Shown one piece after another: positions 37,941 through 52,386 of a DNA stretch of 64,000 nucleotides (its first letter is position 1; every line of letters begins with the position of its first letter). The stretch lies in the NCBI RefSeq assembly GCF_006345805.1, contig NC_043011.1, forward strand, positions 23,448,464-23,512,463. The letters are read 5' to 3'. Source of the DNA: Octopus sinensis (Eukaryota). The translations under genes were made by a program, and so were the position numbers. Under the pieces are notes generated by a model, which was not told the origin of the DNA, made no database searches, and was given only the letters and a program-made list of their open reading frames with translations.

Positions 37941-39015
37941 AATCTGAATGTGACCATGCAAGAGCACTCCTTTTAAGAATTTTTTGTTGAATGAATTGAC
38001 CTCAGTACTTTTTTTAAAAGCCTGGTACTTATTCTATCGGTGTCTTTTGCCCAACTGCTAAGTTATAGGGATATAACATACAAACACCAGTTGTCCAGAG
38101 GCAGAGAGTGGAACACACACACATTTCAGTTTCCATCTACCAAATCTACTCACAAGGCTTTGGTTGTCTCAAGACTATAATAAAAGACAATTGCTCAGGG
38201 TGCCACATAGTGGGATTGAACCAAGAATCAGTTGGTTGTGAAGCAAACTTCTTACCACATATCAAATAATATAAATATTCTAAGTAAGAGTTTTTTTTTT
38301 TTTGTTTTGTTTAATTAGCCTGATAAGGCAATGTATTGTCCATAGCTTTCTTTGTTCCTTCCCATGTAGTTCCTTTGCAACCAATGAAAGGTGAACTTAG
38401 TTCACGTTCCATTGGATGTAAGGTGAATTTAGCATGATTAATTGCTCATATTGAGTTATTTCAGATTAGAAGTTTATGTGAAAACATATGGTGGTAGTGG
38501 TGGGGATTTCCAAAGGAATACAGATCCAAGGAAAGAAGGATAAAAGAAAGTGTTTAGAAGATGTGAGTGAAACACAAGAAGAAGGTGACAAGATTAAGCA
38601 GTTCAGAACAGAGAAAACTGTAGAGGAAGTATTTGTGTGACAATAAATCAATAGAATTACACATTTTATGGCTTTATAGAGAAAAACTTACACTGACTGT
38701 ATGTAATATGATAACACTGTGTAACACGATTTTTGTTCTTGGCTAGCAACTGCTATTTCCTATTTGCTTACACCCAGAAAGCATGACAAATGGTTAAAAT
38801 TTCCTTCAAACTTTGCTTTTGTTACATTTATTCAAACCCATAAGAATCCATCTCAGCCCATGGGTATGATGCTCCCCCACTACTTCTGCTCATGATTAGA
38901 ATCACACATCTTGTCAGCCACTAAGGGAGATGCTCAAGTGGTTAAGGTCAAGCAACTGACAAGCAAATCTGTGGTATTGGGCAGAATATTTGCAATAACA
39001 ATATTTCTGCTTCAG

Positions 39016-39240
39016 AAAGACGGTGAGCTGGCAGAATCGTTAGCATGCCGGGCGAAATGCTTAGCAGTATTTTGTCTGCCGTTATGTTCTGAGCTCAAAT
39101 TCCACCAAGGTCGACTTTGCCTTTCATTCTTTCGGGGTCGATAAATTAAGTACCTGTTACGCACTGGGGTCGATGTAATCGACTTAATCCCTTTGTCTGT
39201 CCCCTCTATGTTTAGCCCCTTGTGGGTAATAAAGAAACAG
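39016..39240 (+). mobile_element. SINE family A with 15-bp TSD
   Basis: TSD ATATTTCTGCTTCAG at 39001-39015 and 39241-39255. Confidence 0.9.
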
Positions 39241-40259
39241 ATATTTCTGCTTCAGCAATTCAGTGCTGAATTGATCTGAAATGTAATGAAAAAAAGGTTG
39301 GTTTCAAAACATTGATGTCCAGATCACTAAAAGCTAAGTTTGAAGGGAATAGTAGTTGTTTCTTTTGATTTCTAGATAGAAGCAAATAGAAAATAACACT
39401 TACTGACCAAAGACAAAATAAAAACCAAAATTTTGTCACCACAGTGAAATCTATAAATCTATAATTTTGCTTTATTTCTTAACATTTTTACTGTTGATAT
39501 GAAGTTTAATATTTATTTCTTTTTCTAAAAGCTTGATGCTGTTTCTAATGCCAATTATTTTATTTTAAATTTAGGACCAAAATTATTTGTCATTAGTGTT
39601 GGTTAGTCACAATTACTGTTAACTGGGCAAACACCTATGAGCAAAAGCCATTCCATTTAGAGTGACTTTGGGAGCTTTGACTGATATTTCTTGCAGGTTG
39701 AATCACCATATAGGGTTTCCCTTGTTGGTCCAAAATGCTATTTGATGAGGAAATAGTTATTTCCCTTGCTTTAAGAAAAACCAATTAACCTGATTTGCCA
39801 CACAGCAAGCAAATGCAAGTCTGGAAGCTTTATGTTAACTAGTGTGGAATTTCGTTGTTACGAGTTCAAATCTCAACCAGGTCAAGCTTGATGTTTTATA
39901 CTCTGAAGTTTATAAATATAAAACCTGCTAATATAGCTGGGTCAATTCAAACAATACTATACATTTTGTTTTTATTATTTAGTTAGAAAAAAGAAGCGAA
40001 CTGGCAGAATCGTGAGCACGCCGGACGAAATGCTTAGCGGTATTTCGTCCGTCGTTACGTTCTGAGTTCAAATCCCGCCAAGTTTGATTTCACCTTTGAT
40101 TCTTTTAGGGTTGATAAATTAAGTACCAGTGAAACCCTAGGGTCGATGTAATCGATTAGTCACCTCACTCCAAATTTCAGTCCTTGTTCCGTTAGCAGAA
40201 AGGATTATTTAGTTCGAAGAGAAGTAGCAATGCCCATGGCTCTTCCAAACCTGATGATT

Positions 40260-40790
40260 AAATTATTTTTGAGAGCTGATGTCTGGACGAGAATCATGAT
40301 TAAGAAAATAGTATTTAGGGAGGAAACGCTTTAAATGTGTTGGTTTTAGGTGGAAAGAAACATATATATTAGGTGCAACACCGTTTTCAAGGGAGCAATG
40401 GCAGTACAATAATAAATTTGGGACGTCTTGATGACGGTAATTTGACGCCGCTGATTCTATACAAAACTCGGTAATATGGGATATTTTAGTGTTTTGGCAC
40501 GGAGATTTTTTTTTTAATTATTCTACGTAACATCTATCTGATTTTTTAATAGTTGAGCATGAAACATCGTATAAACGTTAAAAACAAAGTATAGAAACGT
40601 AATTATCAAAGGAAAAATTAAAGCTATAATATTTTATACCATTAATAATCTTTCGCTGCGTACTGAGAGCATGTAAAGGGAGGTAACTCAATTTAACCGA
40701 TTTTATTTCGTACTTTATTAGTTCTCTCTCTCTCTTTCCTCATTCAATACCTTAACCCCAATGTTTGTTTTGTCTATCCTCGTATCATCC
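40260..40790. promoter_or_regulatory. CpG-retaining non-repetitive segment, possible promoter or regulatory region
   Basis: Many CG dinucleotides in an otherwise CpG-poor context; donor-like GGAG|GTAACT near 40682. Confidence 0.35.
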
Positions 40791-40825
40791 CCTCTTTTTC
40801 TCAACCTTATGGTTAATAAAGAAAC

Positions 40826-40907
<82 letters not shown>

Positions 40908-40948
40908 TATATATATATATATAAGGGTGAAAAGGAACACACGAGTTG

Positions 40949-41060
40949 ATATATATGAAAAAACAAGTAAAAAATAGAAAATGCTAAAATAATTTATGAA
41001 ATGTTCACTATAAATGTTCACTATAAAATTATTTTAGCATTTTCTATTTTTTACTTGTTT

Positions 41061-41072
<12 letters not shown>
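40949..41072. repeat. Perfect 47-bp inverted repeat with 30-nt spacer
   Basis: ATATATATGAAAAAACAAGTAAAAAATAGAAAATGCTAAAATAATTT and its exact reverse complement at 41026-41072. Confidence 0.95.
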
Positions 41073-41102
<30 letters not shown>

Positions 41103-42210
41103 TATATAGCTGCCATCGCTTAATCATCCACCACCAAAATGCCTGCTTTTCAGTAATCCCATTCCAGCAATATACATGTGTGGGCTAATGGTATATCATG
41201 AGTGAAGGTTTAGTCATTTGTAAAAAATGACCATTTTAAGGTGCAGTCTAGAACGATACTTGCAGATGCACCAAAAGAAATCATCATTTTCATTCATAAC
41301 TAACTAATATTTATCGTTTAAAATAATCTGATGCCCCACTTCTTGATTAGAAAGACTATAATAGCTGGAGAACATCACTGAGATAATTTCTTTTGAAAGA
41401 AAGCCTTTTTGATTAAATTATTCATTTGGCTTGATAGTTTCATAATCAGAAGCTATTACGGAGAGCAAAAACACGAAACTTGATTAGGGATAAATGCTAA
41501 ATGAAGTCAACTCTTGTAATGTGTAAGTAGTGAAATCTGGAGATAAAAATAAAACCCATGGCTGGACCTGGCATCTTTTATCTTTACTTGTGGCCATCCT
41601 GGGACGCTGCCTTGAAAGGTTTTAGTCAAATAATTCCACCCCAGTACTTGTTTTTAAAATCTGATGCTTATACTATTGTTTTCTTATTGCCAAACTGCTT
41701 AGATAATAAGATGTAAACAAACCAACAGCAGTTGTCAAACAGGGGAGGGGACAAACACAAAGACGCACAATATCTAGATTTCATACTGTTTCCATCTACC
41801 AATTTCACTCACAAATCATTACTTGGCCTGGGGCTATAGAAGAAAATGCTTGCCCAAGATGCCATGCTGTGGGACTGAACCCAAAACCACATGGTTGCAA
41901 AGTGAGTTTCTTAACAATACAGACATTCAGAAATATGGAACAGTAAAGACTTTTTCTTTTTAAACTGATTTCATTCATTGAACTACAACTATCCTGCTGA
42001 GATACTGTCTTCAGAAGTTTTTAATCAGTTATATTAACCCACCCCTGTAATAACTGAGTACATAGCAGGGTGCTTATTTCATTGCTCTTGTAAGATATGA
42101 AATGCAAATAGATTCTTTTGGCTTATGTGAAGATAACACTATCATAAATAAGTACCAAAGGTGGGGTTTCTGTCTGAATGTACTCGGTCTTAGCCCTACA
42201 CTGATATAAA

Positions 42211-42214
<4 letters not shown>

Positions 42215-42286
<72 letters not shown>
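42215..42286. repeat. (CT)n microsatellite
   Basis: Perfect dinucleotide run. Confidence 0.95.
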
Positions 42287-42291
<5 letters not shown>

Positions 42292-45200
42292 CAGCATCAT
42301 TTAACATCCACTTTTTCATGTTTGCCTGGGTCAGATAGAATTTGTTGAGGCAGATTTTCCACAGCTGGATGCCTGTCCTGTCTCTCTCTCACCCCCACAA
42401 TTCATTCATTCATTCATTCATTTAACATCAGTTTTTCCAAGTTGGCATGGGTTTCAATAGAGGGTTATTTGCAACAGAATTTACTCTTCATTCTTCCTAA
42501 ATTAACGAAAAAAGTAGTAAAAGTAATCAAGAGCAAAAAGTCTAGTGAAAAATAACATATTAAAAAAAACTGGCTGGAACACTTTTTGTTAAAATTTGCT
42601 GCCTAAAAGTGCAAGAGGGGTATATATATATATAATGGACTCTCCTGTTGGTAGACAGCATATGAGGGTCCGACAATTTCTTACCGAACGACACAGATGA
42701 TTTGTTTATAGTGATCAAATGCTTGTGTAGACATAAGCACACTCTCTCCATCAGATTGACATTACCTGTACAGGTACAATGGGTGCCACATGTCAGATGT
42801 TGAAATGATTGTAGAGCAATGTGAAATGAAGTACTTTGCTCAAGAACACGATGCAACGCTCGGTCTGGGAATTGAACTCACAATCATGAGTACAACACCC
42901 TAACCACTAAGCCATGTGCCCTCACACTATATATTCAATATATATATATATATATATATGAAATTTTAAAGTTACATGGACAAATAGTAGTCTGTAAAGT
43001 TCAGGTAACTCTTTAATGGATAAGACACAAAGCTGTGACTGTATAGCTTCCTTTTATAAATATTACTTATAATACCAAGACACTTTTATACTTAGACTTA
43101 TTAATCAATTTAAAACAAAACTAAATTGACAATAGCAATTAAATTGCCTGAATTATATATAGAAATAATCCACAAGTTTGTCTCATGCAAGCTATGTTAT
43201 ACATTACAGGCCAAACTATTACAAGAGACCAGATCAAATATGACATTGTGATCACCTGTTCAGACTGACAGAGAGTGTCACTTAGCTTACTCCTCCATAC
43301 CTTTAAAACATATATGGAACTTGAAATGAAGTAGTAATATACATTATACAGCCTGTCTAGACATGAAAGCGCGTTTAATGCAAGTCTGCAAGTCAATGGA
43401 CAATATGTTGACTTGGTATTTCACTACAAACTAAATTTTAACCAATTTGCTTTCATCATGTATTGTAGTAATGATTCAGTAAATAAGTCATTTGTTACTA
43501 GATTTAAACCAATAAACTACTAAACTACTTATTATTTACTCAAGTATTAAAGCATAAGCTGGCAGAATCATTAGCATGCATGGCAAAATGCTTACTGGCA
43601 TTTTGTCTGACTTTATGTTCTGAGTTCAAATGCCACTGAGGTTGACTGCCTTTCACCCTTTCGGGGGTCAATAAAATAAGTACCTGTCTAACACTGGGGT
43701 CAATCTAATAGACATAGTCCCCTCTCCTGAAATTTCTGGCCTAGTGCCAAAATTTGAAATCATTATTAACTCAAGTACTATTTACATGATACAGGTTTTG
43801 TCACAGGTTTGTGTCTAACACCATGAGTTTTTACAAATGATATAAATCTTCTCTGGTACAATTATGCATCATAGAAACATCATCATCCACCCCTGGATAT
43901 CACTGCCTTAAGTCCTAGGACTCATGGGGCCAGACACCTGGTCTCCATGGTGTATAAGTGACTGAGATCTCAACATTCCCATGAATGAAATTCCAGTCTG
44001 TCATAGGGCTACTCATTTACTCATTTACAGCTGAGTGGACTGGAACAACATGAAGTGTTTTGCTCAAGAATACAATGCAGCACCCAACCAGGGAAACAAA
44101 AGCATGGTCTTGCACTTATGATTTCAACACACTAACTTCTAGGTTAGAAAAGGAAAGGCAGTAAAAGTCACTTAACAAAACCTTGGAGAAATCAAATTTA
44201 TTTAATATTTGAATTTTAAGAAGGTTTAATCTTGACTAATTGTTGTAGGATTGGATTTTACTGATAATAATCACACTGATTAGAAAAGATTAAGAATGTC
44301 TACAAATCAGCATGATCTTTGTAAGGACCATTATTAAGGAAAGCCAACTTACATTTTAATGCAAAAAAAGGTCCAAACTAAAACAGCATAAAGATCACAG
44401 AAATGGCATAAACCTAAAAAATGTATACTATTTCTCCTACAGAGACATACAATATTTATCCCAGATACAGAAAGTAATAGGGAAGTCAACATCATTATTA
44501 GAAAAGCTGGGGTAGTACTTAGTAAATTATCAACGTTTGGACACTAAAGAAAAAAAACAAAACATTTGTATAAAAATGAAAATTGCAGTCTACAGTTCAG
44601 TATGTTTGTTCTTTATTTTGGCAGTGAAAGTGATGAGAACTGAATGCATTCCCATCAAAGGCATCTGTGCTATATCTCTTATGTGACATATAAGGACCAA
44701 ATTATTATCTGGAAAATTTTAGAACAGGCGCAAGCATGGCTGTGCGGTTAAGAAGCTTGCTTCACAACCATGTGGTCTGGAGTTCAGTCCCACTGCACAA
44801 CAGCCTGGGCAAGTGTCTTCTACTGTAGCTCCAGTGACTTTAGTAGATGGAAACTGAAAGAAGCCCACTGAATGTGTGTGTGCCTTTGTCTTGACATAAT
44901 GTGATGATTGTAAATGAGCATCACTGTCATTTCCAGACTTCCATGAAAAACGCATCTGGCAATGGGGAAATATTACCTTGCTTGGAACTAGGTGAGGGTT
45001 GACAACAGGAAGGACATTCAACCATAAAAATCTGCCTCAACAAATTCTGTCTGATCCATGCCAGCATGGAAAAAAATGGACATTAAATGATGATGATGAT
45101 GGTATGTTGAGAAGAAGAAAAATGCTCAAGATAGTAGTTTAATGTATTCACAATGACTGATGAAAAAAATTGAAAGGTGCACCGGGATGGAAACCTCAAA

Positions 45201-45836
45201 TTGGCAAAAGAGTAATGGTAAAGACTAAGCTGACATGGCAAAGATACATTTTTTTTAAAATCATCTGAAAGGTGACAAAAAGACTGGCATGATACAAAAC
45301 AAGTAGTAGCCTACAAGACAGACATTATGGTCATGGACAGACAATGACCAATAAGTATGAAATGGACAAACATTGAAGGTAAGGTTATCTTGAATTAGAT
45401 AAATCTAGATTGATAAGTAGCGTGTAAACACCATGAAAACCATAACAACGTGCACAGAGACATACAGTTTGGTAAATATATGTGGGTGATGATATGCTAC
45501 TAATGTAATTAACTTGAAATAAATATATGCTACTAATGTAATTAACTTGAGAAAAGCTCTTGGACATAGTTAATGTGGTTGCAAACAGCTAATGTAATAG
45601 ATACAGGCATAGCTGTGTGATTAAGGAGCTAAATTTGCAACCATATGGTGTCAGTGCCACATAAAATGCACTTGTGTCAGTGCTGCATAAATGCACCCAA
45701 GCCAGTGACACATAAAAAGCACCCAGCACACTCTGTAAAATGGTTGGCATTAGGAAGGGCATCCAGCTGTAGAAACCATGCCACAACAGACAATTGGAGT
45801 CTGGATAGCTCCCTGTCAAACTGTCCAACCCATACC

Positions 45837-46065
45837 TATTTCTTTACTGCCCATAAGGGGCTACACACAGAGGGGACAAACAAGGACAGACAAATGGATT
45901 AAGTCGATTACATCGACCCCAGTGTGTAACTGGTACTTAATTTATCGACCCCGAAAGGATGAAAGGCAAAGTCGACCTCGGCGGAATTTGAACTGAGAAT
46001 GTAAAGGCTGACGAAATACGGCTACGCATTTCGCCCGGAGTGCTAACGTTTCTGCCAGCTCGCCG
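45837..46065 (-). mobile_element. SINE family A inserted into a family C copy
   Basis: TSD CCAACCCATACC at 45825-45836 and 46066-46077; the host family C sequence resumes afterwards. Confidence 0.9.
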
Positions 46066-47631
46066 CCAACCCATACCAGCATGGAAAATGGATGTTAAAT
46101 GATGATGATGATGGTAAGAAGCAGAGTCACATATGCATATTAAAGGATAAGTGAAGATGGAAGACTTATCTCTTAAAATGTATGTCGAAAGCAATCAAAA
46201 AGACAAAAGTTATGGTTTCTATCAAAGCCTTTGATAGAAGCATTTGTAGATTAATGCAAAGAAGCACTACAGGTTAGATGCTGGCAACCACAGTTCAACA
46301 AATAGCAGGAGTTATCACTAGTTTATTGCATGATTTGACTATTACAGCTACCCACTTACCAAACTGTATGTCTCTCTCAGTGCATGTCATAACAATTGGT
46401 GAACTTATTTACAATTTATTTGCCAAATCTTTCAGTTCATGATAGCAGTTTATTAAAGCTGTAATACTGAATAAATAAATTTTTCTCTGATTTACATTGT
46501 TAATTGGCTTTTTATTATCTTCCCGTTTATATACTGGAATGGTGACGCTTCATGTAAATTACATGAGCGTATAGTTTCAAGAGGGTAAAAATAAAGAATT
46601 TTTTTTTTTTTGTAAGGAAAGGAAGGACACTATTCATAGCCCTTCTAGACATTCCTAGATAAGAGTGATGAGAAAACTGAGTATAATAACTGTCAACAAG
46701 TATAGCTACTTGAAGTTTTGAAATGAAACTCTACAACCATTAATATAGGCTTTCATCAAAAAAATAACTGAAGCTTGAAGTGATGAAAAGGTAAAATACT
46801 ATGACAAATCTGATGCATAAGAAATGAAGGGAAAAGAGAGTACTGGAGTATCTGACCAGTTAATTATGTAACTATAGTTCAGTTCAACTGATTGAACTAA
46901 TTCAAGAACAGAATTTGAAGAGCGAATACATAAACAACACTGAAAAAGATAAAATAATACATAATACAATAATAAAAAAAAAAGAAATAATATGCACTAT
47001 TTTAACAAAACTAATGGAAATTGTCACTGATGATGGGAGTCAGGGGACTAAATTTGAATTATCATTATTATTCTACTTTCCCAGTAGCATGACAGTTTAG
47101 CACAAAAGATGGGTCGGTAATAAAATAAAATTTACTGAAAACTTCCATGCAAAAGAGGAAAAAGATTAAAAGATAAGATAGCTCTAATTGACATGTGCAG
47201 TGATAAGTGCATTATATGTCCTATAATTGTTAACCCCAATAATCTTTGATAAGTGCTCATACAGATCCTAAATACTCCACAGGAAAATCTAAAGTTTCCC
47301 TTTGCCCAAATTACTGCTGTCAAATTGAGTGGTGTTTTAGACTTAATCAGGTTGAAAAATTTATCTAATTTCTCCCAACATTATTTGAAACCTTGCTACT
47401 ATTGCCAGCACCACATCAACAAAGACATCCAGGCAATATTATTGTAATTCTTGTAGTCATTACAACAATAAAAACGTATTTTATACTAAACTGTTAAAGT
47501 GCCGTTGATACAACTTTGGTGCATTCATCACTCATAAACATCCTGGCTGCACCCAATTAAAGATTACCTAAAATGATTGACAAAACCAACAATCATTAAT
47601 ATCCTTAGTTTAAGGATATTAATGATTATCC

Positions 47632-47893
47632 TGTGGAGGTGCGTGGCTTAGTGGTTAGGGTGTCAGTATCATGATCGTAAGATTGTGGTTTGGATTCCTG
47701 GACCGGGCAACGTGTTGTGTTCTTGAGCAAAACACTTCATTCCACGTTGATCCAGTCCACTTAGCTGGCAAAAATGAGTAACGCTGCGATGGACTAGCAT
47801 CCTGCCCAGCTGGGGAATAGAAACGCCATAGAAACTGGGAAACCAGTCCCATGAGTCTGGCTAGGCTTTAAAAGGGTGCATTTATTTATTTAT
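47632..47893 (+). mobile_element. tRNA-derived SINE, family D, with 13-bp TSD
   Basis: A-box-like TGGCTTAGTGG, B-box-like GGTTTGGATTCC, body TTGAGCAAAACACTTCATT; TSD TTAATGATTATCC. Related copies near 5605, 10345, 18585, 25550, 36590 and 42640. Confidence 0.85.
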
Positions 47894-48484
47894 TTAATGA
47901 TTATCCCTTATAACAGACGTGCTATTAATCAGTGACCTGTCTTCTTGCACTGCTTTCTCAAGGGACAGAGGTTGCTAACTCTTCACTGCCAGCCCTCTAA
48001 ACTTATGCATTACAACCATTATTCTTCATACTCTCTCTCTCTCTCTCTCTCTCATTTTGCCAAACAGAACAATGCTATTCTTCAGCTTATCTCCTCATCT
48101 GTTTCCTCAACTTACTAACCTACAAATCCACAACAATTCCACCTGAGCATCAAACACACTAAACCTCATCTAATTATCACAATGTTTATAGTCAAAGGTT
48201 TTCAGATAGCATGAATGCAGACTCTTCTCCCAGCTAACATAAAAAATATAATCTGACGGCCAGGTACATTCCAATAAAACTATTTCATTTTCTAGACAAC
48301 TATTTCAAGGAGGAACAATTTCATGCATCCATATGCAAACATAAAAATAAAGTCAATAAATTTTGATACTCCATGTATGGAGACAAATTTTGTAAAAATA
48401 TAAGCGAGATGCTATTACGTAATGAATCTCATTCAACCTGTCTCACTCTAATTACCAATCAAGTATTCGCTACCATTTTCTCAC

Positions 48485-48522
48485 TTGGACTAACGAAATT
48501 GTCATTTAAGTTGTCCAATGAG
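48485..48522 (-). CDS. Possible 38-nt exon (SLDNLNDNFVSP)
   Basis: Acceptor gaatatttag, donor gtgaga; ends in phase 1, matching the start of the 36039 exon. Confidence 0.25.
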
Positions 48523-48973
48523 CTAAATATTCACACAAACTGTTTTCTACACTCCATTGACTTCAGTCTGATATCTTAAACTTCTTAAATAATTCAATAC
48601 ATTTTACTCAGTTACATTTTTATATTAGCTAATAAGAAAAACGAAAATATCACCACCATCATCAACAACAAATTAATTTCCCCCACCCCCACCTTTTTTT
48701 TTTTTCTTGTGATTGATTGGACAGTTTAGCAGATAAGTATACATTAAAACTCTACAGTTTACAGTAATCAGTTTTTTTTTAAAATTTATTTATTTCTACC
48801 TTCAGAAACTGTTAGCAGCAGCAGCCCCATTGCCGCCACCACCATCACCACCAGAATAATACCTAAATCATTTTACAGTAACCAAGAATTATCATTCTCT
48901 TCCTAAGCTAAAAGAAACAAGAAAAAAAGTAGTTACCAAAATCAAGTAAGCCATGTTGTACTACCTGCTTGCC

Positions 48974-49016
<43 letters not shown>

Positions 49017-49124
49017 AAATTACTACAACTTCTGCCCCTCTCAAATCCCCATTACAGCTATGACTAAAACTATTCTCTTTACCAATCATACAGAATATTT
49101 TCAGCTCTCTCTTTCTCTTTCTCT

Positions 49125-49520
49125 TGTTTCAGTCTTTTGACTGCAGCCATGCTGGAGCACCGCCTTTAGTCGAGCAAATCGACCCCGGGACTTATTCTTT
49201 GTAAGCCCAGTACTTATTCTATTGGTCTCTTTTGCTGAACTGCTAAGTGACAGGGACGTAAACACACCACCATCAGTTGTCAAGCAATGCTAGAGGGACA
49301 AACACAGACACACAAACATATACACACACATACATATATACATATATATACATATATACGACAGGCTTCTTTCAGTTTCCGTCTACCAAATCCACTCACA
49401 AGGCTTTGGTCGGCCCGAGGCTATAGCAGAAGACACTTGCCCAAGATGCCATGCAGTGGGACTGAACCCGGAATCATGTGGTTGGTTAGCAAGCTACTTA
49501 CCACACAGCCACTCCTGCGC
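49125..49520 (-). mobile_element. Young SINE family B copy
   Basis: Full-length reverse match with CpGs retained. Confidence 0.85.
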
Positions 49521-49897
49521 CTATTGATATTTCTTCCTAAAAAATGTAATCTTGAGCTTCATCACCTACATTTTGCCTCTGTCAGTTTCCAAAGCAAACA
49601 TTATGTAGAGCCTCTTCTTTGATCATTGGATTTCTACCCTTGGAAAGTTCCTCTCCAGTGTCTATGGATGAGTAAAGTCTTTTGTGGAAGACCAGTAAAT
49701 ATCCAGACATGCAAATCTCTCCTCTTTTTTCCACATCATTGATGATGTCTAAAGGGAAGACAATATCAGCCTTTCAGCTGGAGAAATGTGGATAGGGAGA
49801 GAGGGAAGCAGAGGTCTGGTCTGTATAATTGCTATAAAGTTAACTTCACAAAAGGAACCAAACACCCAGGAAGGTATGCAGTGTTAAACAGAATGGT

Positions 49898-50130
49898 AAG
49901 GCGGTGAATTGGCAGAAGCGTTAGCACGCCGGGCGAAATGCTTCGCGGTATTTCGTCTACCGCTACATTCTGAGTTCAAATTCCGCCGAGGTCGACTTTG
50001 CCTTTCATCCTTTCGTGGTCGATAAATTAAGTACAGTTACGCACTGGGGTTGATGTAATCGACTTAATCCGTTTGTCTATCCTTGTTTGTCCCCTCTGTG
50101 TTTAGCCCGTTGTGGTCAATTAAGAAATAA
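49898..50130 (+). mobile_element. SINE family A copy (further copies near 50630, 50975, 51615)
   Basis: Full-length match. Confidence 0.85.
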
Positions 50131-51522
50131 GAATGGTATTTTAGGCATAAAAGTAAAGTTGAAAATTTTATTTAATTTGTCCCTTCATCATCATCATCTT
50201 TTAACGTCTGTTTTTCATGCTGGTATGGGTTGGACAGTTTGGCTGGACTTGGCAAGCTGGAGAGCTGTACCAAGTTCTAATCTAATTTAGTTTGGTTTCT
50301 ATGACTGGATGCCCTTCCTAACGCCAACCACTTTACCGAATGTGCTGGGTGCTTTTAACATGGTACTGACATGAGCAGCTTTACATGGCACCGGCACAAG
50401 TGCTTTTTACATGACATCAGCACAAGACTCTTGCAGGCCAATCCTCTTCATCAGGGGTCCTTAACATTTCTGCTGTGGAGGACGGGCCTTCTTGAGTACA
50501 GTCCCAGTATTATTGAAAACATTGCTATCAGCACTCATTCAACAAAGACTTACATACAATAATATTGTAATTACAACTAATTACAATATTATAATAGCAA
50601 TATTGTAACTAATATTTATAACATAGTGAGGCAAAGAGCTGGCAGAATTGTTAGCACACTGGGCAAAATGTTTAGCAGTATTTCATTCATCTTTACTTTC
50701 TGAGTTCAAATTCTGTCAAGGTTGACATTGCCTTTCATTCTTTCGGCGTCAATAAAAGAAGTACCAGTTGAGTACTGGGGTGACGTAATCGACTCATCCC
50801 TTCTCATGAGATTCCTGGCTTTGTGCCAAAATTTGAGATCACCATTAATTACATAGTATCAACACTACTTAGCACCCTGGTTTTATGCAGTCACAAAGAA
50901 TAGTTCATTGATCACACAGATCCAATCCAAGATAAAATTATTATTATTATCATTATTATTCAGTGATTTTAAGGCATTGAGCTGACACACCAGACAAAAT
51001 ACTTAGCAGCATTCCTTCTGGTTTTGCCCTCTGAGTTCAAATGCCACTGAGGTTAACTTTGCCTTTCATCCTTTCAGGGGTCAATAAAATAAGTACCAGT
51101 TGAACACAGAGATCAATGTAATTGACTAGCCACCCCAACTCACCTAAAATTCCTGGCCTTGTGCCAAAATTTGAAACTATTATTCAAAAGTTTTATACTA
51201 ACTGTATACTTTTACTGTTCTACAAAGTGCAACTCTGTGTATCTTGGGTTTACACATTGTTTTGTTTTGGTATTGTTATTTTCATTGTATTGAAAATGCT
51301 CTATGTTATATGTGTGTGGTGCCTAGTAATGCTGTTTTCTAAATGTTATGCATATTTATAAGTCCCTGGGGTTTTGATTATATATTTGTCTACTTGTCTT
51401 TTTGTCATTGCATAGACACCGATTATTTGCAAGAACTGTTCCTGTCTCAAGACCCATATTCTGTATGGTTTTTCTGTATTTGGCAACATTTCTTTCCCTG
51501 GCGGTCATTGACAACAATAGCC

Positions 51523-51554
<32 letters not shown>

Positions 51555-52386
51555 TCATCATCATTATTATTATTACTATTATCATTATTATTATTATCAT
51601 TATTATTATTATTAAGGCAGTGAGCTGGAAGAATCAATAGCACACTGGGCAAAATACTTAGTGGTACTTCACCTGTCACCACATTCTGATTTCAAATTCC
51701 ACCGAGGTCGACTTTGCCTTTCATCTTTTCGGGGTTGATAAAATAAGTACTAATTGAACTCTGGAGTCGAAGTGATTGACTAGCCCCCTCCCTACAAATT
51801 CCAGGCTTTGTGCCTATAGTAGAAAGGATTATTATTATTATTATAATTAATTAATTTATTTATTTGATTGTGGATATTTCAATGATTTCACTGCCAAAGT
51901 TCAAACAAAAATATTACTAGTAGCAAAACTTCATTAAAAAAATAAATAAATACACTTGTTACATGAATTAAAAAACATTCACAAATTAAAAAAAAAACAT
52001 TAAAACAAAATTTTGAAATTTTTTTAAGAAATCAAAAAACAAATAAAGCTTTAAAAAACATCAAAACAATAATATTAACAAGAACAGAAAAAGTTTTTTT
52101 TTTTTTTTAAAATAACTATTTACTCAAATTGAAATTAGTTGAAGTTTTGATTCAGACTAAAGAAAGCAACAACAACAATAACAACAATAACATAAAATTA
52201 TATTTTATGTTGAAGCCAAGGTATGATTATTATTATTGTTCTTTGTATGCACAGAGTGACAGAATCAGTTGAAACAGGTGCAGCCTGAGTGTTCCGTCAG
52301 GGCCTTAAACTAATGAAACCTGCTAATTACGCAGTGTGCCAACTGTTTTCAGCAAGGACCTGTATTTACTCATAATGTATTTACAG

